Below, in pieces: positions 27,740 to 36,723 of a stretch of 64,000 nt of DNA (the stretch's first letter is position 1; every line of letters starts with the position of its first letter). The stretch is from an uncultured beta proteobacterium (GTDB lineage Bacteria > Pseudomonadota > Gammaproteobacteria > Burkholderiales > Burkholderiaceae_C), in NCBI GenBank assembly GCA_903885585.1, contig CAISJH010000500.1:22039-86038 (forward strand), in the 5' to 3' direction. Made by a program: the position numbers and the translations under genes. Under the pieces are notes generated by a model. It had not been told where the DNA came from and made no database searches. It saw only the letters and a list, made by a program, of their open reading frames with translations.

Positions 27740-30217
27740 TCACACCTGGACCCAGGCGCGCACCGCGGGCTTGGCCTGGGCTTGGGCGTCGGCATCGAGC
27801 CGGCGCAGTTCGTCCAGATAGGCGTCTCGTACCAGCTTTGGCGTGCCATGCGCCGCGCCAGCTCCCGCAGAGGAGACCTTGCGCCATGCTTCGGCCATCT
27901 TTTCCACCGCCACTTCGGCCGGCAGCTTGGCCTTGGTATCGGCCCGGGCCGGCTTGGCCTTCGGCTCTTCCGGGGCGGCAGTGGTCTTGTCCTTGTGCTC
28001 TTCCTTGATGGCAGCCTTGTCAGCCTCCGCCCGAAAAGCCTGGAGCTCGGCCTGGACCGGGTCCGGGTCCAAGGGCTCTGACACTGGCTGCGCCTTGATC
28101 TCGCGTAAGGCGTCCGGCGTGGTCAACAGCGCCTGCGCCAAGGCAACCGCCTTCTCGCCATCGATGCCGCCGCTGACCAGACGCTTCGCCAATTGATCTG
28201 GTTCCAGCGGAAGCTGGGCGTGGTCGCGTGCAATCTGGCCGTGCAGATCGGCAGCCAGCTCCTTGCGCGCGCCTGCGTCGTTTTGGTGACGCATCACGAT
28301 CAGATCGTTGATGAACGTGGTGGCCTGCTGGTTGGTGATGTTGGGAAAGTTCTGAGCAATGAACACCCTCAACTGCTGGCGGTTGTCGGCGCTGAAGTTG
28401 GTCTGGCCTGCCTGCACGTACCCGGGGATGAAGGCTTCGAGAGCCGCCACGCTGGCCTTCACCGCACCCAGTTGGGCGGCCTGCAACACGGTGGACACTT
28501 GGCTCTTGGGTACGGCATTGATCTGCGGATCGCTGGATTTCGTCGGGTCTGGTTTCCCTTTTGTAGCCTTGAAGTACTCCTCGGCAGCGAAGTGGCGCGC
28601 CGTCGAGACCTCGACATGTCGCAGGGCTCGGTCGCGGACATCTTGGTTCTGGGCGTCCAGGCCCAGCGGGTTGGCAGCCCATTGAGACCGTGCCTCCTCC
28701 AGCACCGCCAGCGCGCCGACCGCATCCTTGGCCTGCAGCGCGGCCATCAGCAACTTGCTCTGAGACTCATCCAAGTTCTTGGATGCGGCCTCGCTCAGGG
28801 AAGCGAGCGACTTGTCCAGGTAGTTGTGAGGGATCTCCTTGGCAATCCCGCTGGCCGCCGCGCCGATCACCTCCAGCCCCCGGTCCGCGTTGCTGCCCTT
28901 GGTCTGAAAGCCCATGACGGTCTCGTAGGGCTTGTCGCCAAAAGCGCCGTTGATGTCGTATTGCGGCTCCAGGTGCGGCATCAGATCCTTCAAGAAGCCG
29001 CCCACACCCACTTCGCCGCTGTGCGCGTCGGTGGACTCGGTATCCTGGCCGAGGGCGAACACATACAGGTCGGCCGTGATCTGCTTGCGCTCGGTGGTCT
29101 TGATTTCCTTGCCCTCAGCGTCCTTCTCCACCTTGTTCCTGCCATCGGTCTTGAACATTCCGATGTCCAGCTTCAGCCGGCGATCTTCTCCCTCGCTCAC
29201 GGAGAGCTCATACGCCTTGATCACCCCATCGCGGGCGACGCGGGGTGCGTGCTTGAGCTGGTTGCCGTCGAGCAGCACCGGGTCCGTGGTGCGTGAGACC
29301 CACTTCACCTCTGCACCCAACTGGCCGGCACGCTCCACCGCGTCGATGCCAGCATTCGGGCCGTGGACGACGATGGTCTTGCCCTTCCACTCGTCCTTTT
29401 GCGCCTGATCGGCCTTGCGCATGAAGGTATCCAGGTCCATCGCCTTGTGCCGCAAGTCCGCCGGCAGGTTGATCTTGTTGTTCTGCAGTGATTTCTCGGT
29501 CTTGGTCAGCTGGTCCTTGGGCTTGTCGACCCCCACCTGGGTGTGGGCGCCCGCACCCGATGCAACCACCAATTTCTGGGTTCGTACGACGGTGCTGGCG
29601 GCGTCGTTCAAGGTCACCGAAAAGGTGCCATCGTCTTCGCGCTTCACGGCTTTGACGCTGTTGGAGATCGTCTCCGCGCCCATGCGCGCGGCCTGCAGCA
29701 CCTGGCCCGCGTTCTGGCGTGCAAAGTCTTCGCGCTTGGCTGTGTCGTGCTTGTACTGGGGCGCGTCCAGGCCCCAGTGGTCGATCAGCTCGTGTTGGTG
29801 GTTGATGTCACCAGACCCGCGCACGGCGGCTTCCCACGCATCGCTCTGGCCAATGATGGTGATCTTGCCGGCATAGGGCTGCTTGTCGCTGCCACCGGCC
29901 TGGAAGGCAATGGCATGGTGGCCATCATCGCCGGGCTCGAGTTCCAGACGCGAGTCACTCAGGCTGGCCAGTGCCTCCTGATTGCGCACCGACAGCGAGT
30001 AGGCCGTGGCCGCACCCACGCCAATGTAGATGACATCCCGCACCACGGACGGATTGGCCGGTGTGTGCGCGAGCTTCAGATCCACCACAGCGGAGAACCC
30101 GCCCTCAGCTTTGTGCACACCCTCTGGTGTCTTCGAAACTGCCGGTCCCTGCCCAAGTTGAACCGACTGGGCGTGAGCCGCGGCATGGAGGTGTGCGATT
30201 TCTGACAGTGTGGGCAT
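27740..30217 (-). CDS. FAD/NAD(P)-binding flavoprotein-like protein, putative effector
   Basis: Rossmann-like VIYIGVGAA, KLVVASGAG, IVVHGPNAGIDA and ADLYVFALGQ; disordered N-terminus; in an operon with the NPxY protein. Confidence 0.6.
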   Translation of the reverse strand: MPTLSEIAHLHAAAHAQSVQLGQGPAVSKTPEGVHKAEGGFSAVVDLKLAHTPANPSVVRDVIYIGVGAATAYSLSVRNQEALASLSDSRLELEPGDDGHHAIAFQAGGSDKQPYAGKITIIGQSDAWEAAVRGSGDINHQHELIDHWGLDAPQYKHDTAKREDFARQNAGQVLQAARMGAETISNSVKAVKREDDGTFSVTLNDAASTVVRTQKLVVASGAGAHTQVGVDKPKDQLTKTEKSLQNNKINLPADLRHKAMDLDTFMRKADQAQKDEWKGKTIVVHGPNAGIDAVERAGQLGAEVKWVSRTTDPVLLDGNQLKHAPRVARDGVIKAYELSVSEGEDRRLKLDIGMFKTDGRNKVEKDAEGKEIKTTERKQITADLYVFALGQDTESTDAHSGEVGVGGFLKDLMPHLEPQYDINGAFGDKPYETVMGFQTKGSNADRGLEVIGAAASGIAKEIPHNYLDKSLASLSEAASKNLDESQSKLLMAALQAKDAVGALAVLEEARSQWAANPLGLDAQNQDVRDRALRHVEVSTARHFAAEEYFKATKGKPDPTKSSDPQINAVPKSQVSTVLQAAQLGAVKASVAALEAFIPGYVQAGQTNFSADNRQQLRVFIAQNFPNITNQQATTFINDLIVMRHQNDAGARKELAADLHGQIARDHAQLPLEPDQLAKRLVSGGIDGEKAVALAQALLTTPDALREIKAQPVSEPLDPDPVQAELQAFRAEADKAAIKEEHKDKTTAAPEEPKAKPARADTKAKLPAEVAVEKMAEAWRKVSSAGAGAAHGTPKLVRDAYLDELRRLDADAQAQAKPAVRAWVQV

Positions 30218-30249
30218 GGCGTACTCGGGTCCGCAATCAGTGGGGCGGC

Positions 30250-31629
30250 TCAGGCCTGTGCGGTCTTTATGAACTCAGCCACCAAGGCATCCACCTGCGC
30301 AGAGAACTGCGCCGTGCTCACGCCATCGACGAAGGCGCTGCTGCGCGCCACATCGGCGGCCTGCGGGTTGAGCAGGTCGTCGAAGTCCCCCTGGAGATCA
30401 CGCAGCTTCTCCGCGCTGACTTGCAGGCCCGACAGCGCCTTGGAAATAGCGGAGTCGCGATTGCCGGAGCCGAACTCCGCCATCAGGGCATCGCGCTGCA
30501 CGTTCCGGTCGGCCAGGATCTCGCGGGAAGGCTGTTGCGCGTCGTAGTTGGCTTCGCCCCGCACATGCCGGGCCGACACCTTGTCCATGTAGGCGTTCTC
30601 GAGGAAACGCTGCGCGATCGGCGCCTGGGCGAACAGCGGTCGGTTGAGCAACTCGTGGACGGGCAGGTCCGGGTTGTCCAAGCTGGCGGCCCGATAGGCG
30701 GCATCGGCCGCCTTTTGCCCGATAGCGCCTTGGGCACGCTCGCCCTTGAGTCGGCTGAGTTCACTGTCGTACTGCGTCTTCAACTCGGGCGTGAGGGCCT
30801 GCAGGATCTCGCCGTTGCTGGCCTGGTTGGCATTGCTGAGCGTCTTGAGCACACCGATGTTCTGCAGCGCACGGCCCGCGTCAGTGCCGTGCTGCTCAAT
30901 CTCAGCCTTGACGAAATGGGCGGTTTCCTTGAGGTGCGCCAGGGAAGGGTCGGTGCTGTAGTTCAGCACCGAGCTGCCATTGCCTTGTGCGTAGGCGGGA
31001 ATGGCATCCTGCGCCCGACCGGCGTGCGCGCCGTGAACAGCTTGTTCGTAGCTTTGGGCCAAGCCGGGTTGCGGTGCAGCGTCTTCGCTGCTGTAGGTCG
31101 GGTTCTCGTGAGCGGTCAGGCTGGGTGGTAGGTCGTCTTCCGAACTGCTGTAGGTCGGGTTGTCATGGGACGATGAGCCCGAAGCCGCGCGCCCTGCCAG
31201 GGTCTCATGCGGACTCTGTCCATAAGCGCTCAGGCTACCCTGCAAGGCCAAGGCGTCGGTGGGCAGTTCATAGTCGCCACTGTTGGCCGCCGCGACACCT
31301 CCCGAGCCCACGGAGAGGTCACGCCCATCGAGCGTATCGATGGATGCTGACCGGTCGCGCAGGCGCGGACCACTGGCGCTGACATCCTGTGGCTGAGACG
31401 CCAGCATCGAGCGGAACGCCTGGGCCACCTCGCGCTGCTTGCCTGACACATAGGCGTCTTTGGCGTCCGCTCCTTTGAATGCACCGATCAGGGCACTGAC
31501 CACTCGGGTGCCGAAGCTGGCTGTGCGGATCAGCCCGTCCTTGTTCACCTCCATCAGCTCGCCCTGGAGGCTGCGCTGATAGAGGGCCTGAGCGGTCTGG
31601 AAGTCGTGGGCGACGACGGTGGTGGCCAT
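30250..31629 (-). CDS. Putative T3SS effector with tyrosine (NPxY) motifs
   Basis: Shared N-terminal module; disordered segment containing HDNPTYSSSED and HENPTYSSED. Confidence 0.68.
   Translation of the reverse strand: MATTVVAHDFQTAQALYQRSLQGELMEVNKDGLIRTASFGTRVVSALIGAFKGADAKDAYVSGKQREVAQAFRSMLASQPQDVSASGPRLRDRSASIDTLDGRDLSVGSGGVAAANSGDYELPTDALALQGSLSAYGQSPHETLAGRAASGSSSHDNPTYSSSEDDLPPSLTAHENPTYSSEDAAPQPGLAQSYEQAVHGAHAGRAQDAIPAYAQGNGSSVLNYSTDPSLAHLKETAHFVKAEIEQHGTDAGRALQNIGVLKTLSNANQASNGEILQALTPELKTQYDSELSRLKGERAQGAIGQKAADAAYRAASLDNPDLPVHELLNRPLFAQAPIAQRFLENAYMDKVSARHVRGEANYDAQQPSREILADRNVQRDALMAEFGSGNRDSAISKALSGLQVSAEKLRDLQGDFDDLLNPQAADVARSSAFVDGVSTAQFSAQVDALVAEFIKTAQA
31088..31161. repeat. 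17-bp direct repeat encoding the NPTYS motif
   Basis: CTGCTGTAGGTCGGGTT at 31088-31104 and 31145-31161. Confidence 0.8.
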
Positions 31630-31670
31630 GGCGCGGTCCTTTCAGAGAAATCGAAGTTCGAATGGATGAC

Positions 31671-31684
31671 TAGACTTTAGTTGT
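31671..31684. promoter_or_regulatory. TAGAC-N4-GTCTA box (copy 4)
   Basis: TAGACTTTAGTTGT; minus strand reads TTGGCA - 17 nt - TAAAGT. Confidence 0.6.
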
Positions 31685-31734
31685 AGATCCATTGCATGCC
31701 AACTCAATATCGGGAACCCACTACGCACCGGCGT

Positions 31735-34209
31735 TCAAGCCTGCCCTACCCCTGATTCGCCGGCAGCTTCGGCAGCCTGGACCTTGGCCACAAATTCAGG
31801 CAGGCGCAGGTTGAAGCCTTCGTTGACCACCGCGCGAGCCTGTTCCAGCACGCCGCGGTTGTGCACCCCAGCGCGGTCGAGCACGGCGGCCAGATCGGGG
31901 CGGGTGGTGCCGTTGATCAAGGCCTTGGCCTGGGGCATGCGCAGGTCCACGCCAGCTTCGATGGTGCTGTCGAGCAGGGGCTGGATGTCGTCCGCGCCAG
32001 CGCGCTGTGCCACGGCCTTGAGCAGCATGGTGACGAAGGTGTAGCTGTCGTTGGCGTTCAGGCTGGCGGCAGCCTCGCTGACGGAGCTGCGCGCACTGGT
32101 GCTGGCGCCCAGCATCAGCAAGGCGGCGCGGCCCATGCCGTCAGGGCGGGAGATGTCGTCCAGCAGGCGGCGCGCCACGGTGGGGGACAGCCCCTCGGCG
32201 ACGGCCGTCACCGAGCGTTGGCGGATCTGGTTGAGCTCATCAGCGCCCATCTCGCTGCGGTCAGGGTTCAGGGTGGTCATGATCTCGGGGGCCAATGCCG
32301 CGGACCGCTCGCCCAGCGCGGCCAGCAGCGCGCCGCCGCGCGGGCCGGTCGAGCCCTCAGCCAGCACCGACAGGAATTGCGTGCCCGCCTCGCGCATCTG
32401 AGACCAGGCCTGCTGGCGCTCCACCGCCTGCGAGGGCGTGAGGCTCGCGACATAGCGCAGGTGCTTGGTGGCCATGCGCTGGGCGTCATCGGGCTTAAAT
32501 TCACCCCGCGCCGAGTCGTGCGTCTGGCGGTGCAGCATGGCGGCCGAGAGGTTGGCGCGGTAGAGATCCTTTTGGGCCGACGACAGGGCGCTGGCATCCA
32601 CCCCGGCGGCCGTTGCCAGGGCCGTGAAGCCGGCGCCGGCTTCGGGCAGGTAATCGTGGGCCGTCTTGGTGACGTGGGTCTTGCCGTCGGCACTCAGGCC
32701 CAGATTCGCGTTGAGTGCCGCGACTCGACTGGCGCGGTCGGCCTTGGCGGCGGCGTTCAGGCTGATGCCTGGCACGTCGTCTTCGGCCTGCCCGGCCGGT
32801 ACGGGGTGGTAGTTGGCCGTGGCGGTGCCCACCGGGTTGATGTCGGCGTGCCTCTTGCTGAGAGCGCTGCGCTGGGGTACGGCGTCCGGGTTGGGTTCAT
32901 GCAGCGCCGGCTCGGCATCACCCACGGCCTTGGGATCGAAGGCCTTGGCGTGCTCGCCGGCCAGCTGACCCACATCGCCTTGCGACGCCACGATGGCGTC
33001 CACCTGCTTGCGCAGCAGCGACACATCCTGCAGCAGGGCCACCTGCACGTCGCGCCGCGCCCACAGGGACAGGGCCGCCTGGTCCTGCAAAGGGGTCTCG
33101 CTCACGCCGCCTGCGCCGTCGAGCACGTCGGGATCCACCTGGATGGCGCCATCGCCGATGGCGCGATAGCGGTCCTCGCTGATCTCGCTGAGTTGGTTCT
33201 GCCGCGTGCGAAGGTCCTTGTCGCCCTCGCTCATCTTGTGGACCCAGGTCAGGTTGTTGGTCAGCGCAGTGTTCTGGTGCGCCCACTTGTCCAAGAAGCC
33301 TCGGTCGGCTTCGGAGAGCTTCTCACCCTGGCGGAAGGCTTCGATCAGCTGGCGGGGAGTGCGCTCGCTGACCACGTCGTCACCGTTGCCCAAGCGAACG
33401 CTGGTCGTGTCGATGTGTCCTTGTGCCATCTCCACACGCCTGTGGCTCTCGTTGAACCACTTGAGCATGTCCACCGGAGTCTGATCGGCCAAGGCCGCCT
33501 CCAAGCGCTGCTGCAAGGCCTGCAGGGCAGGCCGGTCCGCGGTGCCGCCGGGCAAACTGCGCAAATCCTTCAGTGATTGCTGGGCCTGGCTGAGCGCACC
33601 CTCCAGATCACGCACCTGTGTCGCCACGGTGGCCACCTGCTCGCCCGTGTAGTTGCCACCCGACAGATAGTGCGCCAAATGTTCGCCCGCCGATCCCGCC
33701 TGCACCGGCCCGCCATGCAGCGAGGCCGCGAGCGTCTGCAAGGCCTGCAGCCGCTGCCCGGCCAGATCCACCAGCGCCGCCTCGCGCGACTCCGTCATCA
33801 GCGGCGCCAGGGTCTCCTGCTGCACCTCGGTGATGAAGCCCAGGACGCTGCGGATGTCGTCGGCCGTCAGGGCCTTGGTGCCCTCCAGCTGGTTGGCCAG
33901 TTGACGGCGCACGGCGCCCAGGGCGTCCTGCATGGTGGAGGAGTAGTCGGTCTTCAGCGCATCGGGCAACTGCGCAGCCTCGCCTGTGCCGGCGCTCAGG
34001 TGGTTCTGCAGGGCCTGCACGAAGGCCTGCGCCACCGCCTGCTGCTCCTGGCGGACACCCTGCCCTCGGAACAGGTTGACGACAAAGCTGGCGAAGCTGC
34101 CGCGCGTCTTGATCTCATCGGCCTGAGGGCCACCTGCGCCAGACAGCAGGACCTGCTGGTTACCGCCCTGTTCGGCGATGCTTCGGAAGGTGTCGAGTTG
34201 GATGGGCAT
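31735..34209 (-). CDS. Putative T3SS effector of unknown function
   Basis: 824 aa, Ala-rich helical; N-terminus homologous to 26415..27626; AAGGAG RBS and a perfect box upstream. Confidence 0.68.
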   Translation of the reverse strand: MPIQLDTFRSIAEQGGNQQVLLSGAGGPQADEIKTRGSFASFVVNLFRGQGVRQEQQAVAQAFVQALQNHLSAGTGEAAQLPDALKTDYSSTMQDALGAVRRQLANQLEGTKALTADDIRSVLGFITEVQQETLAPLMTESREAALVDLAGQRLQALQTLAASLHGGPVQAGSAGEHLAHYLSGGNYTGEQVATVATQVRDLEGALSQAQQSLKDLRSLPGGTADRPALQALQQRLEAALADQTPVDMLKWFNESHRRVEMAQGHIDTTSVRLGNGDDVVSERTPRQLIEAFRQGEKLSEADRGFLDKWAHQNTALTNNLTWVHKMSEGDKDLRTRQNQLSEISEDRYRAIGDGAIQVDPDVLDGAGGVSETPLQDQAALSLWARRDVQVALLQDVSLLRKQVDAIVASQGDVGQLAGEHAKAFDPKAVGDAEPALHEPNPDAVPQRSALSKRHADINPVGTATANYHPVPAGQAEDDVPGISLNAAAKADRASRVAALNANLGLSADGKTHVTKTAHDYLPEAGAGFTALATAAGVDASALSSAQKDLYRANLSAAMLHRQTHDSARGEFKPDDAQRMATKHLRYVASLTPSQAVERQQAWSQMREAGTQFLSVLAEGSTGPRGGALLAALGERSAALAPEIMTTLNPDRSEMGADELNQIRQRSVTAVAEGLSPTVARRLLDDISRPDGMGRAALLMLGASTSARSSVSEAAASLNANDSYTFVTMLLKAVAQRAGADDIQPLLDSTIEAGVDLRMPQAKALINGTTRPDLAAVLDRAGVHNRGVLEQARAVVNEGFNLRLPEFVAKVQAAEAAGESGVGQA

Positions 34210-34228
34210 GGCGCTCTCCTTGAATGTA

Positions 34229-34242
34229 TAGACTTAAGTCTA
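34229..34242. promoter_or_regulatory. TAGAC-N4-GTCTA box (copy 5, perfect palindrome)
   Basis: TAGACTTAAGTCTA, 19 nt upstream of ATG 34209. Confidence 0.72.
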
Positions 34243-34397
34243 ATATCCAAAGGGCGTAGCTTCCAGAAAATACCCGGTCACCCCCCGCCGCGCGAAACGC
34301 AGCCGCGCCATGCCGGCCAAACCCGTCGTCACGGTTGTCGTCGCGCTGGAGGCATTCGAAGTGGGAAGTCGGGCATGGCGGCAGCCTCCTCGCTGAA

Positions 34398-35837
34398 TCA
34401 GGCCTTCACGAATTGGTCGACGGTCGCCTTGGCCATGGCATTGATCTCATCAGCGGTGTAGCCCACGACGCGGCGCTCGAAGCTGGCGTCGCTTTCACGG
34501 ATCAAGGTGTTGGTAAACGCGTTGATGACGCGGCCACGCAGGTCCAGGTCGTCCTTGAGCGGGCTGGCGTTGATGGCGGTGAGGATCGGGCCGGCCTTGT
34601 CGTACACGCCCAGGATCCAAGCGTCAGCCGGAATGGGCCGCTGTGGCGCCTTTTTTTGAGACGGGTCTACCCCGGCGGCCTGCGCCTCGAGTGCGGCCAG
34701 CTGGGCGGCCTGCTTCAGCTCCTTGCGGGTCTTGTAGGCGTTGGCGTCCTTGCTGCTGACCTCCTCGCGGGCGTACTCGGCCACCGTCCGGGTCTCGGGC
34801 TCGCCGACTTCATCCACAGGGCCTTCCTCGTACTCGGACCAGAGCCGGTTGGCCGCTACGACGTCGGCCTTGCTGCGCTCCTGCACCCCCCGCAGCCCGG
34901 CCCCCTCGCCCAGGGTCTGGGAGCTCGCGAACTCATCAGAGGCGCGGTTCTCCAGCCCGCGGGTGAACAGCGACTGAAGATCCTTGCCGATCTTGCTCTT
35001 GCGCAATTCGCGTACCCCGTCGCCATCGGCTGCATCGTGAACCTGATGCTTGGGACTGTCGGCACCGGCAAAGCGCACCGTGCCGAAATCGCCCCGGCCG
35101 TTGCCGCTGTCGAACTCAGGGATCCGGCTGTCACCCACTTGGCGGCCCGCCTGGACGGCGGCCTCGACGGCTGCGCTCAGGTTGGCCAGGGCACGGACAT
35201 GGTCGCGCAACTCGCTGGCTTGCTCATCCGAAGGGTCTGACGCCTTGGCGTAGGCCTCGCCCAGCTGCTCGGTCTTGGCGCTCAGGGCCTGGCGCAGCGC
35301 ATCCAGTTCCACTCGGCCATCGGTCGCGCCGTGGGCACGACCCTGCGCGATCTCGTCCAGCAAGTCCTGGGTCTTTTGCGGCGGTGTGCCGCCGAGAAAC
35401 TCGGTCAGCGCCCGCTGCGCCAGATCGTTCTGCCGCTTGTCGTACTTGCCCAGGGCTTCGGACAGGCTGGTGGCGATCTCGCTGGCCAGCACATTGGCCT
35501 GCGGCAGCACGCCGTTTCGGTAGTCGTCCTTGAAGGTGTAGCCGATGTGCTTGACCACGCCTTCATAGGCCTTGGCCAGCTTGACGTTGCCGCCATCGGG
35601 CTGGAAATCCCGGCTCAGCGCCGTGCCGAAGGCGTCCAGCACCTGCTGGTGCCGCTCAACCTGCCGGGCTGCCTTCCATTCCTGCCCATTGAACTTGCCC
35701 CGCAGGTTTTCCAGCACGATGGTGGCGCGGCCGGCAAAGGCCACCTCGCCGCGCTTGTTGACGGTCACTTCCCGCCCACTGGCTTCAGCCTGACGGAGGA
35801 TGTCCAGGGCCTGGGTGGCCGATTGCTGAACTCTCAT
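34398..35837 (-). CDS. Putative T3SS effector of unknown function
   Basis: N-terminal module (VTVNKRGEV...QQVLDAFGTAL); box upstream. Confidence 0.65.
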   Translation of the reverse strand: MRVQQSATQALDILRQAEASGREVTVNKRGEVAFAGRATIVLENLRGKFNGQEWKAARQVERHQQVLDAFGTALSRDFQPDGGNVKLAKAYEGVVKHIGYTFKDDYRNGVLPQANVLASEIATSLSEALGKYDKRQNDLAQRALTEFLGGTPPQKTQDLLDEIAQGRAHGATDGRVELDALRQALSAKTEQLGEAYAKASDPSDEQASELRDHVRALANLSAAVEAAVQAGRQVGDSRIPEFDSGNGRGDFGTVRFAGADSPKHQVHDAADGDGVRELRKSKIGKDLQSLFTRGLENRASDEFASSQTLGEGAGLRGVQERSKADVVAANRLWSEYEEGPVDEVGEPETRTVAEYAREEVSSKDANAYKTRKELKQAAQLAALEAQAAGVDPSQKKAPQRPIPADAWILGVYDKAGPILTAINASPLKDDLDLRGRVINAFTNTLIRESDASFERRVVGYTADEINAMAKATVDQFVKA

Positions 35838-35868
35838 GGTGTGCCCTTTCTGGAAGTGATGAGGTGTA

Positions 35869-35882
35869 TAGACGAAAGTCTA
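35869..35882. promoter_or_regulatory. TAGAC-N4-GTCTA box (copy 6)
   Basis: TAGACGAAAGTCTA, 31 nt upstream of ATG 35837. Confidence 0.7.
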
Positions 35883-35995
35883 AGAATGTCGCACGGGATC
35901 AACAACACAAAATCAGATTCCTTCAAGCTGCACCATCCAAGGACAGCCCGCACCGCGTGAACTACCATTCACTACGTGTCCTGACCGCTATCGCC

Positions 35996-36286
35996 ATGCG
36001 CCCCTCCATCGCACTCGCTCAGCACCAAAGTCGTGTCCGCCAAGCCGTTGAACGGCACCGTGCTGCCAACCCGCGTGTGTTCGGTTCTACCTTGCACGGC
36101 AATGATCAGGATGGCAGCGACCTGGATCTGCTGGTCGATGCCTTGCCCGGTGCCACGATGTTTGACCTCGGTGGCCTCCAGGATGAGTTGGAGATGCTGC
36201 TGGGGCTGCGTGTCGACGTGTTGACCCCATCCGACCTGCCGGTCAAGTTCAGATCCCACGTTCTGGCTGAGGCGCAGCCCCTGTGA
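35996..36286 (+). CDS. mntA: Minimal nucleotidyltransferase (MNT) antitoxin
   Basis: FGSTLHGNDQDGSDLDLLV (GSX10DXD). Confidence 0.85.
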   Translation: MRPSIALAQHQSRVRQAVERHRAANPRVFGSTLHGNDQDGSDLDLLVDALPGATMFDLGGLQDELEMLLGLRVDVLTPSDLPVKFRSHVLAEAQPL

Positions 36287-36681
36287 AGAATCGCCGGCTG
36301 GCCGATCATCTGGAGCAGATGCAGCAAGCAACTGTCGACGCCTGTGCTTTCGTGGAGGGCATGGGCAAGGCCGATTTCCTGGCCGACAAGAGAACGCAAC
36401 AGGCCGTGGTCATGAGCCTGGTGATCCTTGGCGAGGCCGCAACCAAGGTGATGGACCTCCACCCTGACTTCACGCAGGGCCACCCCCAGATCCCTTGGCG
36501 CAGCATGAGAGGTATGCGCAACCGCATCGCTCACGGCTACTACGACATCAATCTGGATGTTGTGTGGGACACCATCCAGACGGCCTTGCCCGCTCTGTTG
36601 GACCAACTGCCTGGCGTCCTCGATAGGAGCAAGGCATCGGGCGTCTCTGGGCGTGACGACCCTCCTGCAGGCACCTCCTGA
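36283..36681 (+). CDS. hepT: HEPN (DUF86) ribonuclease toxin
   Basis: ILGEAA and PWRSMRGMRNRIAHGY (RX4HXY); GTGA overlap with the MNT gene. Confidence 0.85.
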   Translation: MKNRRLADHLEQMQQATVDACAFVEGMGKADFLADKRTQQAVVMSLVILGEAATKVMDLHPDFTQGHPQIPWRSMRGMRNRIAHGYYDINLDVVWDTIQTALPALLDQLPGVLDRSKASGVSGRDDPPAGTS

Positions 36682-36685
36682 GATG

Positions 36686-36715
36686 CCCCTGAGCAACCCA
36701 TAGCGGACTCAGGGG
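36686..36715. terminator. Hairpin between convergent hepT and giant gene
   Basis: CCCCTGAG-14 nt-CTCAGGGG; no U-tract. Confidence 0.3.
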
Positions 36716-36723
36716 GACGCAAG

